Source: Octopus sinensis
Taxonomy: Eukaryota
Direction of reading: 5' to 3'
Length of the DNA: 64,000 nucleotides
Assembly (NCBI RefSeq): GCF_006345805.1
Contig: NC_043001.1
Span: 92,070,001 to 92,134,000 of the forward strand
The notes beneath the pieces are model-generated. The model saw only the letters and a program-made list of their open reading frames with translations, was not told the origin of the DNA and made no database searches. Shown piece after piece: positions 26,312-37,585 of the stretch. The translations under genes and the position numbers were made by a program. Within the stretch, counting starts at the first letter, position 1; each line of letters starts with the position of its first letter.

Positions 26312-26647
26312 CTTGTTGTTGGCATCCTTTTGTCTCGGGAGACAATGGAGTTGCGCATAAACTAATCCAGTCTGGTTTTTACATTTCATGCCCTCTCTAG
26401 TTTCCTCTCCAGTTTTGCGCAGGCCTGGGCTAGATGTAAGAAAATCCTGGGTAGCCCAATCATCAGGATTCCTCTCTCGACCTTGCTGACGGAGTCCAAA
26501 AGAGTGCAGAGCATCACGTTTGGCGCCAGTTTGGTTGTAGAAGCTGCCAGAAGAGTGTCGAGTCGAACACTAAACCGCTTATGGGGCTCCACTCCGGATT
26601 TCTTTGAAGTTTGTCTCATTTCCGTAACCTTGGACAGGGGCTACGAC
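26312..26647 (-). mobile_element. Non-autonomous RTE/BovB-type derivative (5' UTR plus 3' tail)
   Basis: RTE-like 5' UTR (plus strand ttggcgccagtttgg..ggggctccactccggattt) joined to tail ccattgtctcccgagacaaaaggatgcc(AAC)n on the minus strand. Confidence 0.65.
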
Positions 26648-27000
26648 AACTGTATTTATAGAATTCCTTACAAAGATAAACAATTGACTATAGAAATGAT
26701 ACTCATGTCACAAAGAAGGCTACAAGTAACATACGAACAACATACACATGTTTCAAAACAAGATAAGCTTGTTACCGATGATGTACAACAGTTAAAATAT
26801 GAATTTAATGGCGTAGAACATTAACATTCTGCCAAAATCTACCTACGTAGTATGTGTGTGCGTGCGTGTGCGTGTGCGCATGCACTTATTATTTGCATAC
26901 ACACACATATATATGTGCATAACTTTATCAGTGTCTATCTTACTATCTATTTGGCTATATAAATATTTGTAACTTGACACGTATATGCATATGAATGACC

Positions 27001-27200
27001 TCGTGTGTACCGTTGGCGATTTTTTCCCTCTGTCTTCCCTTCTCTGGAGCTTTCCTTCTCCTATGTTTCCGACGAAGAGCTCCGCTTGAAACGTTAAATT
27101 CTCCTTCTTTCCTTCTTTCCTGAGCGTCCAATAATACTATATTTGTTCCACGTCCTCGCGTTGTGTTTTTTTTTTGTGATTTCTTGTTTGGATTAACTTT
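27001..27200 (+). mobile_element. Short hammerhead-bearing element (PLE pLTR-like); hammerhead at 27065-27098
   Basis: ttt-CCGACGA-a-gagc(tcc)gctt-GAAA-cg-TT-aaa; homologous to 29900-30080 on the minus strand. Confidence 0.7.
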
Positions 27201-27324
27201 ATATATATATATATATGTTGTTGTATTTGGGGATGGTCATGTTGTCAGTTTGGTCAATAAAAACACTCGCACTATATATTTGATGTTCACCTGCTTCAGC
27301 TTCATTTTATATTAATCGCATTTC

Positions 27325-27368
27325 GGCCAGAGTTCTTTCATCACACTTCTGTGACCGCATCAGTGGTC
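27325..27368 (-). ncRNA. Degenerate hammerhead motif in a second short element (~27215-27430)
   Basis: gacca-CTGATGC-g-gtcac(agaagt)gtgat-GAAA-gaac-TC-tggcc; carries an A9C substitution. Confidence 0.6.
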
Positions 27369-27499
27369 TTTTGTTTTCTTCTTTCTTTTTTGTGTGTCTT
27401 TCCTTACTAATGATCAGCCATTTTGTATTCCTATATCTATCTATCGATATATATGTGTGTGTGTGTGTGTTGTGTGTGTGTGTGTGTGTGTGTGTGTAT

Positions 27500-27790
27500 A
27501 GGCGTGGCTCTGAGGTTAAGAAGCTTGCTCCCCAGCCACATGATTCCGGGTTCACTCCCAATGCGTGGTACGTTGGGCAAGTGTCTTCTACTATACCCTC
27601 GGGCCAACAAAGCCGCGTGAGTGGATTTGATAGACGGAACCTGAAAGACGTCCGTCATATATATGTGTGTGTGTGTGTGTGTGTGTTTGTTCCGCCCACC
27701 CCACCCCGCCATCGCTTGTGTTTATGTTCCCGTAACTTAGCTGTGCTGCAACATAGCCGTAATCAAACGGCTGAAATAAGTAAAAGAATA
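27500..27790 (+). mobile_element. CORE-like SINE (diverged, internally deleted)
   Basis: ggcgtggctctgaggttaagaagcttgc..ttgggcaagtgtcttctactata..gactgaaataagtaaaagaat-like tail. Confidence 0.75.
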
Positions 27791-28274
27791 AAAAATTATA
27801 TAAACGTAATAAAGTACATACGTATACACGCAAATCTCAAACACACACTTGAATGAGTCAGCATTTATTTGAGACATTAGTGGGTGTATAATGACAGTTT
27901 CTATGGGCGCTCCTGGCACAAACCATACAACTAAGATAAAGGGATGTATGAGAGTGTAATTTCAAGCAAATGACTGTAAAATTACGGTCTACAAACGGAG
28001 TTCTGGTCGCTGGTATACGTACATATCGACATACATACATGCATACATACATACATACATACATACATACATACATACATACATACATACATACATACAC
28101 ATATACATGCATACATACATACATACATACATACACACATACATGCATACATACATACATACATACATACATACATACATACATACATACATACATACAC
28201 ACATACATGCATACATACATACATACAGACAGACAGACAGACAAACAGACAAACAGACAGACAGACAGACAGAA

Positions 28275-28632
28275 TCTTTTCTACTCTAGACACAAGGCCC
28301 GAAATTTTATGAGAGGGAACCAAACGTGCCTGGTACTTAATTCATCGACTTCGAGAGAATGAAAGGCAACCTCGGCGGAATTTGAACTCAGGATGTAAAG
28401 GAAGACGAAATACCTATTTCTTTACTACCCACAAGGGGCTACACACAAGGACAGACAAACGGATTAAGTCGATTATATCGACCCCAGTGCGTAACTGGTA
28501 CTTATTTAATGACTCCGAAAGGATGAAAGTCAAAGTCGACCTCGGCGGAATTTGAACTCAGAACGCAGCGGCGGACGAAATACCGCAAAGCATTTCGCCC
28601 GGCGTGCTAACGTTTCTGCCAGCTCGCCGCCT
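28275..28632 (-). mobile_element. Nin/Deu-core SINE, 1.7-mer form
   Basis: Same gacgaaatac|ctatttcttt junction (~28405-28423) as 7235-7653. Confidence 0.85.
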
Positions 28633-28644
28633 TTCCATACGTCC

Positions 28645-29078
28645 AGAATACCTCCCCTGAACTATTGAGAAATCTGCAGTTACTCTATCTAGATTACAAA
28701 TTTAGGTTTATGCCTGTAATTATGGGGGAACTAAGATATGTAACACACTGCCTAAATGCCAATCTTGAGAAATTAGGCTTCTCAAAACCAGAAAGGAGAA
28801 AGCTGATTCGAAAACTACAAATGCAAGCCAATACTGGAACTGCAAAAATCTATAAAACTTTCCAGAATTTTATCATTGAACTATATATGAGCAGGTCTAG
28901 ATATGCAAATATATGCATGAGAATACATGCATAAAACAATACATACAAATCTGCACTTATATAGACATACAAAGATGCCTCGTTGCTGATGCTGAAATTC
29001 CAATGAAGGAGCCTTGGATCTAGGTTAGAAACCGGCTTTTTCTCTGCTGGCAAGAAATTTTGAAATAAAACTGAAGAA
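28645..29078 (+). mobile_element. 3' end of an RLE-type (R4-like) LINE, second family, followed by (TACA)n
   Basis: ELLRNLQLLYLDYKFRFMPVIMGELRYVTHCLNANLEKLGFSKPERRKLIRKLQ; ORF end and 3' UTR homologous to 46064-46604. Confidence 0.75.
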
Positions 29079-29655
29079 TTACATACATATATACATACAT
29101 ACATACATACATACATACATACATACATACATACATAACATACATACATACATACATACAAATATAGGCACGTACATATACGCATATAATACATGCTTTC
29201 ATAAATACATACCCACATACATATATATAGACAAACAAACAGACATTCTTTTATTCTTTTATTTGATTCAGTCGTTTGACAGTGGCTATGCTGGAGCACC
29301 TCCTTCAGTCGAACAAATCGACACCAGGACTTATTCATTGTAAGCCTAGTACTTATTCTATGTGTCTCTTTTGCCGAACCACTAAGTTACGGGGACGTAA
29401 ACACACCTCCATCGCTTGTCAAGCGATGGTGGGGGTACAACACAGACACACACACAAATATGTATATAGCTATGTGGTAAGAAGCTTGCTTCCCAACCAC
29501 ATGGTTCCGACTTTTGTCCCACTGCGTAGCACCTTGGGCCAGTATCTTCTACTATAGTCACAGGCCCCAAAGACTTGTGAGTGGATTTGGTAGACGGAAA
29601 CTGAAAGAAGTCCGCCGTATATATATATATCTCGGAAACTGAAAGAAGCCCGTCC

Positions 29656-29691
<36 letters not shown>

Positions 29692-29798
29692 CCTCCCTTT
29701 ATTTATCTACTTGTGAAGTCATTCACTCGTGAATTTCATCACACACAACATGGACAAAATTTCTTCTTAAGAAAAATACATATTCAAACAAACAGAAC

Positions 29799-29833
29799 AT
29801 ATCATGAATAGCGATAGCGAAACCGGTCGATAT
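29799..29833 (+). ncRNA. Degenerate hammerhead motif
   Basis: atatc-ATGAATA-gc(gata)gc-GAAA-ccgg-TC-gatat: hammerhead geometry is intact, with two substitutions in the CUGANGA box. Confidence 0.5.
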
Positions 29834-29899
29834 ATTAAAAATTATATTAAAACTATGTAAGTGTGCGTATTTTGTTTTTTTTAATTTCTGATAAATCCC

Positions 29900-30080
29900 C
29901 AAAAGAAGAGCAAACACAAGATAAAATAACAACGCGAGCACATGTTATATGTAAAGTATTAGCAGACGCTCAGGGAAAGAAAGAAAGCTGGTTTAACGTT
30001 TCGAACAGACGCTCTTCTTTGGAAACAGAGGAAAGTCCATCAGAAGGGAAGACGGAGGAAGAAAATCGCCAATGATTCAC
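29900..30080 (-). mobile_element. Second copy of the 27001-27200 hammerhead element (motif at 29991-30026)
   Basis: gttt-CCAAAGA-a-gagc(gtct)gttc-GAAA-cg-TT-aaac; flanks ttggcgattttcttcc.. and cctgagcgtctgctaatact.. are shared with the first copy. Confidence 0.7.
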
Positions 30081-30534
30081 ATACAGGCTTCTTTCAGTTT
30101 CCGTCTACCAAATCCACTCACAAGGCTTTGACCGGCCCAAGGCTATAGTAGAAGACACTGGCCCTAGGTGTCACGCAGTGAGACTGAACTCGGAACCATG
30201 TCGTTGGGAAGCAAGCTTTTTACCACATAGCTATATACATACTTAATATATCCTGTATACATTTACACGTACATCTGTATATCCATACACTCTTACATAC
30301 ATACTTGTATGTGCAGTTATATATATGTTTGTTCTAAATATAAAGTTAAATATTAAATATAGCCACCGCGGTAATATTTATTTAACGTATTGCTTCATAG
30401 TATATTCTTTGTCTTTTTTCCATTTCATTTTTCTGGTTTCACAAAAATAACTCATAATGGCGACGAATATGATTATGGTGTCGACGATGACATTGCCACT
30501 CCGGTCACCGCTGCCGCTTCTACTGTTGTTTTTC

Positions 30535-30548
30535 ATGATAATGATGAC

Positions 30549-30581
<33 letters not shown>

Positions 30582-31075
30582 AATGATGAGGATGATGATG
30601 ATATGATGATGATGACGAGGAAGATTTTGATGAGGATTGTGATAATTTTGAATGATAATTACATGTTTTTTTTTGGGGGGGGGGGTTGGTGGTGGCAGTG
30701 GTGATGATGATGATGATGATGATGATGAAAAGGCGGCGACAGCAGTGGTTGTGGTGGTGGTGGTGGTGGGAATGATGATGATGATGATGATGATAATGAG
30801 GATAATGATGACGAGGTAGATTTCGATGAGGATTCTGATCATTTTGAATTATAATTACATGATTTTTGGCGATGGTGGTCGCGGTGGTGTTGATGATGAG
30901 GATCAGGATTATGATGATGACAATGATGATGATGATAGTGAAATGGCGGCGACGGTGGTGGTGATGGTGGTGTTGATGATGATGGTGACGGGGAAGATTT
31001 TTATAATTTTAAATGATCATTATACATTTTGGGGGGATGGTGGTGGTAGAGGAGGAGGAGGAAAGGATGATGAAG
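30535..31075 (+). repeat. (GAT)n/(GGT)n-rich array with a ~185-bp higher-order unit, 3 copies
   Basis: The motif gacg(a/g)g..gatttt..attttgaatgataattacat..tttgg recurs at ~30614, ~30809 and ~30987. Confidence 0.8.
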
Positions 31076-31176
31076 TTAAACGTTGAAAACCAAGTCGATC
31101 GTAACTATCAAAGATGCTGTTCATGCTTTTGCAAATGTCTAATACAGCATCGAGTTCGACAACCCAGGCTGATGTT

Positions 31177-31593
31177 ATATTTCTTTATTGCCCACAAGGG
31201 GCTCAACATAGAGGGAACAAACAAGAACAAACAAAGGGATTAAGTCGATTACATCGACCCCAGTGCATAACTGGTACTTATTTTATCGACCCCGAAAGGA
31301 TGAAAGGCAAAGTCGACCTCGACGGAATTTGAACTCAGAACATAACGACAGACGAAATATCTATTTCTTTACTACCCACAAGGTGCTAAACACAGAGAGG
31401 ACAAACAAGGACAGACAAAGGGATTAAGTCAATTATATCGACCCAGTGTGTAACTGGTACTTAATTTATGGACCACGAAAAGATGAAAGGCAAAGTCGAC
31501 CTCGGCGGAATTTGAACTCAGAACATAACGGCAGACGAAATACGGCTACACATTTCGCCCGGCGTGCTAACGATTCTGCCAGCTCACCACCCT
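31177..31593 (-). mobile_element. Nin/Deu-core SINE, 1.7-mer form
   Basis: Two core-tail units with junction gacgaaatat|ctatttcttt (~31351-31370). Confidence 0.9.
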
Positions 31594-31849
31594 CAAACAA
31601 CACAGATATATAAATAAGAAATGGTGCAATCAATGTTTGCAAGATTTCACAGCTCTTGCATCACTCCTTCATAGTCAGCTTATGAACTTTTCAACCCACT
31701 TGTCTACATGTTTATGCGTGTGCGCGCGCGCGATTTGTTCGTGTGTGTGCGTGTGTGTATCTATGTGTGTGTCTTTGTGTGTGTATGTATAAAACTACTT
31801 AAAAATTACTATCTAATTAAACAGTTTACTCTTTGTTTAAGTTCTCCTT

Positions 31850-32075
31850 TTTCTTCTTCTTTAGGTCCGTTGGTGCCTTTGAGCGGCATATTGGGCAGTC
31901 AATGATCGCCAGTTACCTCTGTTTGTGGTCAACGGATATGCTTCTTCCCCAGTGGTGTTCAGTCTTCTTTCAAGGTACTACGCCATATCTTCTTTGGCCG
32001 GCCCCTTTTTCTCTCACCTTCCAGCGGCATCCAGCCCATGGCTGTTTTGGCAAGCCTTTCCTCCGACAGTCTTAG
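31850..32075 (-). mobile_element. RTE-clade LINE 3' end
   Basis: Minus-strand KGLPKTAMGWMPLEGERKRGRPKKIWRSTLKED with a (GAA)n tail. Confidence 0.75.
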
Positions 32076-32095
32076 ATTACAACAAACATATGATA

Positions 32096-33626
32096 ACGGT
32101 GTGAGTAATTTTGTAAATTTTTGCTTGTAAGGAGATTTTAATATCCTATTGAAGAAATTTGACGGAATATGAGAAAATGATCATGCAGCGAGCTTTAGTT
32201 TCATATTTCCCCGATTATTACTTGAATGACTGAAGAGATCCAACTGAACAAAATATGTCAGCTATGCTGTAGGAGTTAATTGAATCAACTTAGCAGTTTT
32301 TCCCCAAGCGCCGTCGTATTTTCTTTTATGGGAAATACTGAATACCTGATTGTATATTGTTTTGTTAGACATGATGGATAAAGTTACAAACACGTCAGAA
32401 CGATGATCCATCTTGCCGTGAGTAGATATGTTTAGTTATGCTCTGATGCCGATTCCTGCCCAAGTCAAATTTTGCTTTTCATCATTCCATGGTCAAGAAA
32501 ATAAGAACCAGCTGTAATTGTTACCGCCGCTGTTACCACTCTACAGCAGTTGTTTAGATAGGTCAGTTGTTATGGGGCGGACGTAATATCAAACACATAC
32601 TAATGTGTCTCAATGTAACTCTCACTGTTCATCGTACTGTCATGTTTCAGAAAATCAAAAAAGAAATATGTGATCATTTCGTCTTTTTTTCCAATGTGCA
32701 ATGAACTCCAGATCCAGTTATCTAATTCCTCCTCTACAAAGAAAGTGGACAGAGCTTTGAGGGAGATTTATCTGCTACTTCTTGCTGATCGAGTAACCAC
32801 ATAGATGTCACCTGTTGACTTGGATTAATGAACGAATGAATTAGTATCCCACTCTCTGAATTATCTTGTCAGAGACCAATCCCTCTCAAAAGATAAAAGC
32901 AGAACTGTTGGCATCAAGACTGAAGGGGAAGTATCTGCTAGAGCACGGTGTTCGTATAACTTATTTTCGGCAGAGAAATGTGGATCTACAAACGAGTTTT
33001 TCTGTTAAAGGCTCGCTTTGCTTTTGCAGTGACATCGATGGACTTTTCGAATATTTATTACAAAATCATGAAATGTTACTCAGCAATGGGTTGTCGCATG
33101 TCACTGAAAGTTCACTTCTTGGACTCCCATCTGGATTTTTTCGCGGATAACCTCGGAGCAGTGTCTGATGAACATGGTGAAAGATTTCACCAGGACATTA
33201 GTGCTATGGAGAAACGGTACCAAGGCTTCTGGAATGACAGTAGGCTGCGTGACTACTGCTCGACACTTTACCGTGATCAACCAGATCAGGAACACCGCAG
33301 AAAATACAAATCACAATGTTTCTAACTCTGTTGTTCTAACTTTGTTTTGTCTGACCCATTTTTTTTTGTGTATTCACTCTTTGTAGAATGATAGTGACGA
33401 TTTTTAACTCAATAAATTCATTTACTTCTAATAATAATATGTCCTTATTTATTACGTTAATGATTTCATGTATACAAATATGTAAATATTTGCATGTATC
33501 TACTGAAAAACTGATACGTGCTGCATACAAATGGAATGAAATTTTGAAGTCAGCCTGAAAAATTAGTCTAAAAAAGTTGGTTTGCATTGATAATGAGTAT
33601 AATACATTCAATTTTGTTCACGAGTG
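32096..33626 (+). mobile_element. Internally deleted Chapaev3 (CMC)-type DNA transposon
   Basis: KAELLASRLKGKYLL..ITYFRQRN..LCFCSDIDGLF (32866 ORF) and MSLKVHFLDSHLDFFADNLGAVSDEHGERFHQDISAMEKRYQG (32978 ORF). Right end ..ttttgttcacgagtg|taa; left boundary approximate. Confidence 0.75.
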
Positions 33627-33938
33627 TAACTGATTTATTTATTAAATATAATAATATAAATTACTTACATGCTTTAAGTTACGAAACAATTTGTCGTGAT
33701 ATTAAAATTTTTTTGTCGTTAAATAAAATTTCATCAAACTATTTTTCTGCCATTTACAACTTTACACACTCCTTATCATTTTGTCTTGTATCGGACTATA
33801 TATTCTATATGTTATGTAGAGTGAGACATTAAGGAGCTTTTTTTATGAGTACCACCGGATTACTTGAATCCGTATATTGTGACTTAATTACATATACATA
33901 TATGCAAACATACATACATACATACATACATACATACA

Positions 33939-33971
<33 letters not shown>

Positions 33972-34116
33972 GTATATAAGTCACAAGGTGCCACGCATTG
34001 GGATTGAAGCGGAAACTATGTGATTGGGGAGCAAACTTCTTACCTCACATCTACACCTAGCGGTAAAATATGTGTGAGAGAGAGAGAAAAAGAGAGAAAG
34101 AGAGAGAGAGAGAGAG

Positions 34117-34147
<31 letters not shown>

Positions 34148-35492
34148 TGTGTGTGTGTGTGTGTGTGCATGTTTGTCCTTCACCACTCGACAACCAGTAT
34201 TGGTGTGTTTATGTCCCAGTAACCTAGCAGTTCGGCAAAATATACAGACAGAATATATGCACTGGGGTGGATCCGTTCGATTAAAATTCTCCCCAGCATG
34301 GCCGCAATCTTATGACTGAAACAAGTAAAAAAAATAAAATAAAAGGATAATGAAAGAAAGTTTGTGTAAGATAAATTAGTCCTGTATATCGTTTAACATA
34401 ACAGATGATCACGGTTGGAAGTCGGAATGCCTTTGATCATATATCTGCATGTCCAGACTTGACCAGTAGCTAAACAACAACAGCCATAACCACCACTAGA
34501 ACATGACCAACCAAGCCTGTTCAAGGTCAGCAATACAATGTGCTACGACGGCCAGTTACTCATTTAGCAAGATCGGCGGCATAGCTTGTCTTCCAATCAG
34601 AGAATTGTGTTAGGCAGTCTGCCATTTACGTAAGAAGGCAAACAACCTGGTGGTCAAACAAACATTTCTGTAATCAGCCACACACCCGACCAGCCAACAA
34701 TAACACACTATCATACCAGCCTACCAACCAACCAGCCGGCGAGCCATCTGTCCTGCCAGCCGAGTGAAGAAACACACACGAAGCGATGTCTCACATCTGG
34801 TAATCATTGCTGGAAGTATCAGTACAAAATAACACAGACACACACACACACACACAGATATCTATATATTTATATCTATGTATCTATGTATCTATCTTTA
34901 TATATGTGTGTGTGTGTTCTGACACGTCAATACAAGCATCTATATATAGAAAATAAAAAGAGAGTGTTGCAAAAGTAAAAACATATAGACATTAGGACAC
35001 ACCTATCTACTCACACACACATACACATATATACATATACACACACACAAAAACAAACACGGTGCGAAGTTAAATTAGGTGCAGCTCCTGTGGGTTTAAA
35101 CTTCAGTGCAAGTTTATTTTTGTCCTCATTTTTAATTTTATGCTTTATTTCATTATTTTATTTTGTACTTTATCATTTTAAATAACGAAATGACAAAACA
35201 TTATAGAATTAGACAGGAATGCTTTGCCAGCCGACTCTGTGATCTGGTTCGATTCTTCCTTGAATCAAAGAAGCATTTTTCATTTACGGCTTTAATGCTC
35301 TTCAAGCAAAGCATAAGCATCGTCGCAATTTGAACCTTCTCTCTTTAGATTTATAGTTTTTTGCCTTAAGTGAAGAATAATCGCGGAGTGCTAGGCGTAA
35401 TATATTACGCTACACTGTTACGCCTGAGAGGAGAGTGGTTAAATAAGTACAGTATCAGATTATAAGCTCAAAGTTTTGAGTTCAAATTTAAA

Positions 35493-36150
35493 AGGGTGGC
35501 GCGCTGGCAGAATCGTTAGTACACCGGGCAAAATGATTTGCGGTATTTCGTCTGCCGCTACGTTCTGAGTTCAAATTCCGCTGAGGTTGACTTTGCCTTT
35601 CATCCTTTCGGGGACGATAAATTAAGCACCAGTTACGTCCTGGGGTCGATGTAATCGACTTAATCCGTTTGTCTGTCCTTGCTTGTCCCCTCTGTGTTTA
35701 GCCCCTTGTGGGCAATAAAGAAATAAGAATTGTTAGAACCAGAGAAAAATTCTTTGCGGTAGACATTTCTGCTCTTTACGTTCTGAGTTCAAATTCCACC
35801 GAACCCACTCTGATTTTCATTTCATTCTTTCGGGGTCAGTAAAATAAAATACCAGTCGACCATTGGGGCTGATGGTATCGACTAAGTTCTCCCACCTCCC
35901 CTCAAAACTATTGCCCTTGAGCCTAAGTTAGAAACCATTATAAGGGTTGACAGAATCATTAGTGCGTCGAACAAAATACTTAGCTACATTTCTTTCGGGT
36001 CTTTATGCTGAGTTGAAATTCTGCCGAGATCGATTTTGCCTTTCATTCTTCGGGGTCGATAAAATAATTTCCAGTTAAGTGCTAGGGTTGTGGTAGTAGA
36101 CCAACCCTTCCCATAAAATTACTGGTGTTGTGATTAAAATTAAAATCATT
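35493..36150 (+). mobile_element. Tandem cluster of at least three Nin/Deu-core SINE units of differing divergence
   Basis: Core tttcat(c/t)ctt(t)cggggtc recurs at ~35600, ~35822 and ~36041. Confidence 0.85.
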
Positions 36151-36226
36151 ACGTAGTTATATCTCTTTAGGCGTTTTGCTCAAATCAAATCGTAGTCATC
36201 GATTTCTATTCTTCCTGAACAATAAT

Positions 36227-36344
36227 GCTTATGGCCATATCAGGTTGAAAGCACCGGTTCTCATCCGATCACCGAAGTTAAGCAACGTCGAGCCTAGTTA
36301 GTACTTAGATGGGTGACCGCTTGGAAAACCTAGGTGCTGTAAGG
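36227..36344 (+). rRNA. 5S rRNA: Near-full-length 5S rRNA copy (probably a dispersed pseudogene)
   Basis: gcttatggccatatcaggttgaaagcaccggttctcatccgatcaccgaagttaagcaacgtcgagcctagttagtacttagatgggtgaccgcttggaaaacctaggtgctgtaag. The ends pair as helix I; several substitutions relative to the remembered metazoan consensus; no TTTT terminator; single copy in the window. Confidence 0.92.
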
Positions 36345-36358
36345 GCCACACATTTATA

Positions 36359-36521
36359 GGCGTAGGAGTGGCGGCGTGGAAAGTATCTTGTTTACCAACC
36401 ACATGGTTCCGGGTTCAGCCCCACTGCGTGGCACCTTGGGCTAGTGTCTTCTACTATAACCTCGGGCCGACAAAAGACTTGTGAGTGGATTTGATAGACC
36501 GAAACTGAAAAAAGCCCGTCG

Positions 36522-36556
<35 letters not shown>

Positions 36557-36877
36557 ATCACGTGACCGACCAGACCATCAGATGTTGCTACACATCGCTG
36601 GTCACAATGCGTTCGCATTGTTTTAGCCTTCGAATGACGCCACCCCGCTGGCTAAGCGAGCAGGCCAACAAAAGAAAGAGTGAGAGAAAGAGTGGTGAAA
36701 GAGTACAGCAGGGATCACCACCATCCCTGCCGGAGCCTCGTGGAGATTTTAGGTGTTTTCGCTCAATAAACACACACAACGCTCGGTCTGGGAATCGAAA
36801 CCACGATCCTACGACCGCGAGTCCGCTGCCCTAATCACTGCGCCATTGCGCCTCCACATAATACATACATACATACA

Positions 36878-36938
<61 letters not shown>

Positions 36939-37003
36939 TTGCTCGACTAAAGGCGGTGCTCCAGCATGGCCACAGTCAAATGACTGAAACAAGTAAAAGA
37001 GTA
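36359..37003 (+). mobile_element. CORE-like SINE with a nested tRNA(Arg)-headed SINE in its microsatellite
   Basis: Head ggcgtaggagtggcggcgtgg..caccttgggctagtgtctt; tail ttgctcgactaaaggcggtgctccagcatggccacagtcaaatgactgaaacaagtaaaagag. Confidence 0.85.
36550..36858 (-). mobile_element. tRNA(Arg)-headed SINE with an alternative tail
   Basis: Head and body match 5685-5870; the tail ttggcctgctcgcttagccagcggggtggcgtcattcg..(cacgtgat)2 differs and also occurs at ~21572-21645. Confidence 0.85.
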
Positions 37004-37369
37004 ATAAAATAAATGTCAATTATGTTCATCATTGATTCAATCAATTCTATTTGCCCACTTTGTACTCACGACACAAAACATTTCGTTTTTACTCGACAGC
37101 TATGACAAGTCACTGGGCTATTTTCCGCCAAGCATAAAAGTCGACGATATCTGTATCAGTTGTTGAAGCCGATTTATTTACTGAAATAAGGATTAAGATA
37201 CGGACTTCATATATTTTATTTCATCTTCTACCTGGGTTCGGCTAAATCGTTCATCGGTCCATTGTCTATAAAACATATGTCCTTGATAGACTGGATTCGT
37301 TCGAACAGCTTATATCATTTTATACGACAAAAGACTTACATAAACATTAAAGGTTTTAAGACGAAATAT

Positions 37370-37585
37370 TGGTTTCAAATTTTGGCGCAAGGCTAGCAAC
37401 TATGGAGGAGGGGTAAGTCGATTATATCGATCCCAGTGCTCAACTGGTACTCTTTTTATCGACCTCTAAAAGAGATGAAAGGCAATGTCAACCTCGACAG
37501 CATTTGAACTCAGAACATAAAGACAGACGAAATGCAGTCAAGCATTCTGCCCTGAGTGCTAACGATTCTGCCAGCTCGCCGCCGA
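37370..37585 (-). mobile_element. Nin/Deu-core SINE (diverged)
   Basis: gatgaaaggcaatgtcaacctcgacagcatttgaactcagaac..ctgccagctcgccgcc. Confidence 0.8.

Larger units (their letters stand above)
25060..26830 (+). mobile_element. Fragmented Penelope-like element ORF (RT thumb plus GIY-YIG), interrupted by mariner, SINE and RTE insertions
   Basis: QINRTKQLLINNGYSNRQVDKA (~25092-25157) is a PLE ..L..NGY motif; NCIYRIPYKD..MSQRRLQVTYEQH (~26648-26743) is GIY-YIG-like. Confidence 0.6.
29245..30241. mobile_element. Composite of a CORE-like SINE tail (minus, 29245-29460) and two inverted heads (plus 29467-29657, minus 30085-30232) enclosing PLE-like fragments
   Basis: SINE motifs on both strands; both heads start with the same tatgtatatagctatgtggtaa. 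Confidence 0.75.

Noticed and set aside
27858-28362. ORFs rich in MYVC/HTYI repeats (also ~6500, 44200, 45900, 52500, 60000)
   Set aside because: Artefacts of (TACA)n, (TA)n and (CA)n tracts that lack stops in some frames.
33163-33192. CTGATGA..GAAA hammerhead-like string
   Set aside because: It encodes the transposase motif SDEHGERFH and has no proper stem II or stem I; coincidental.
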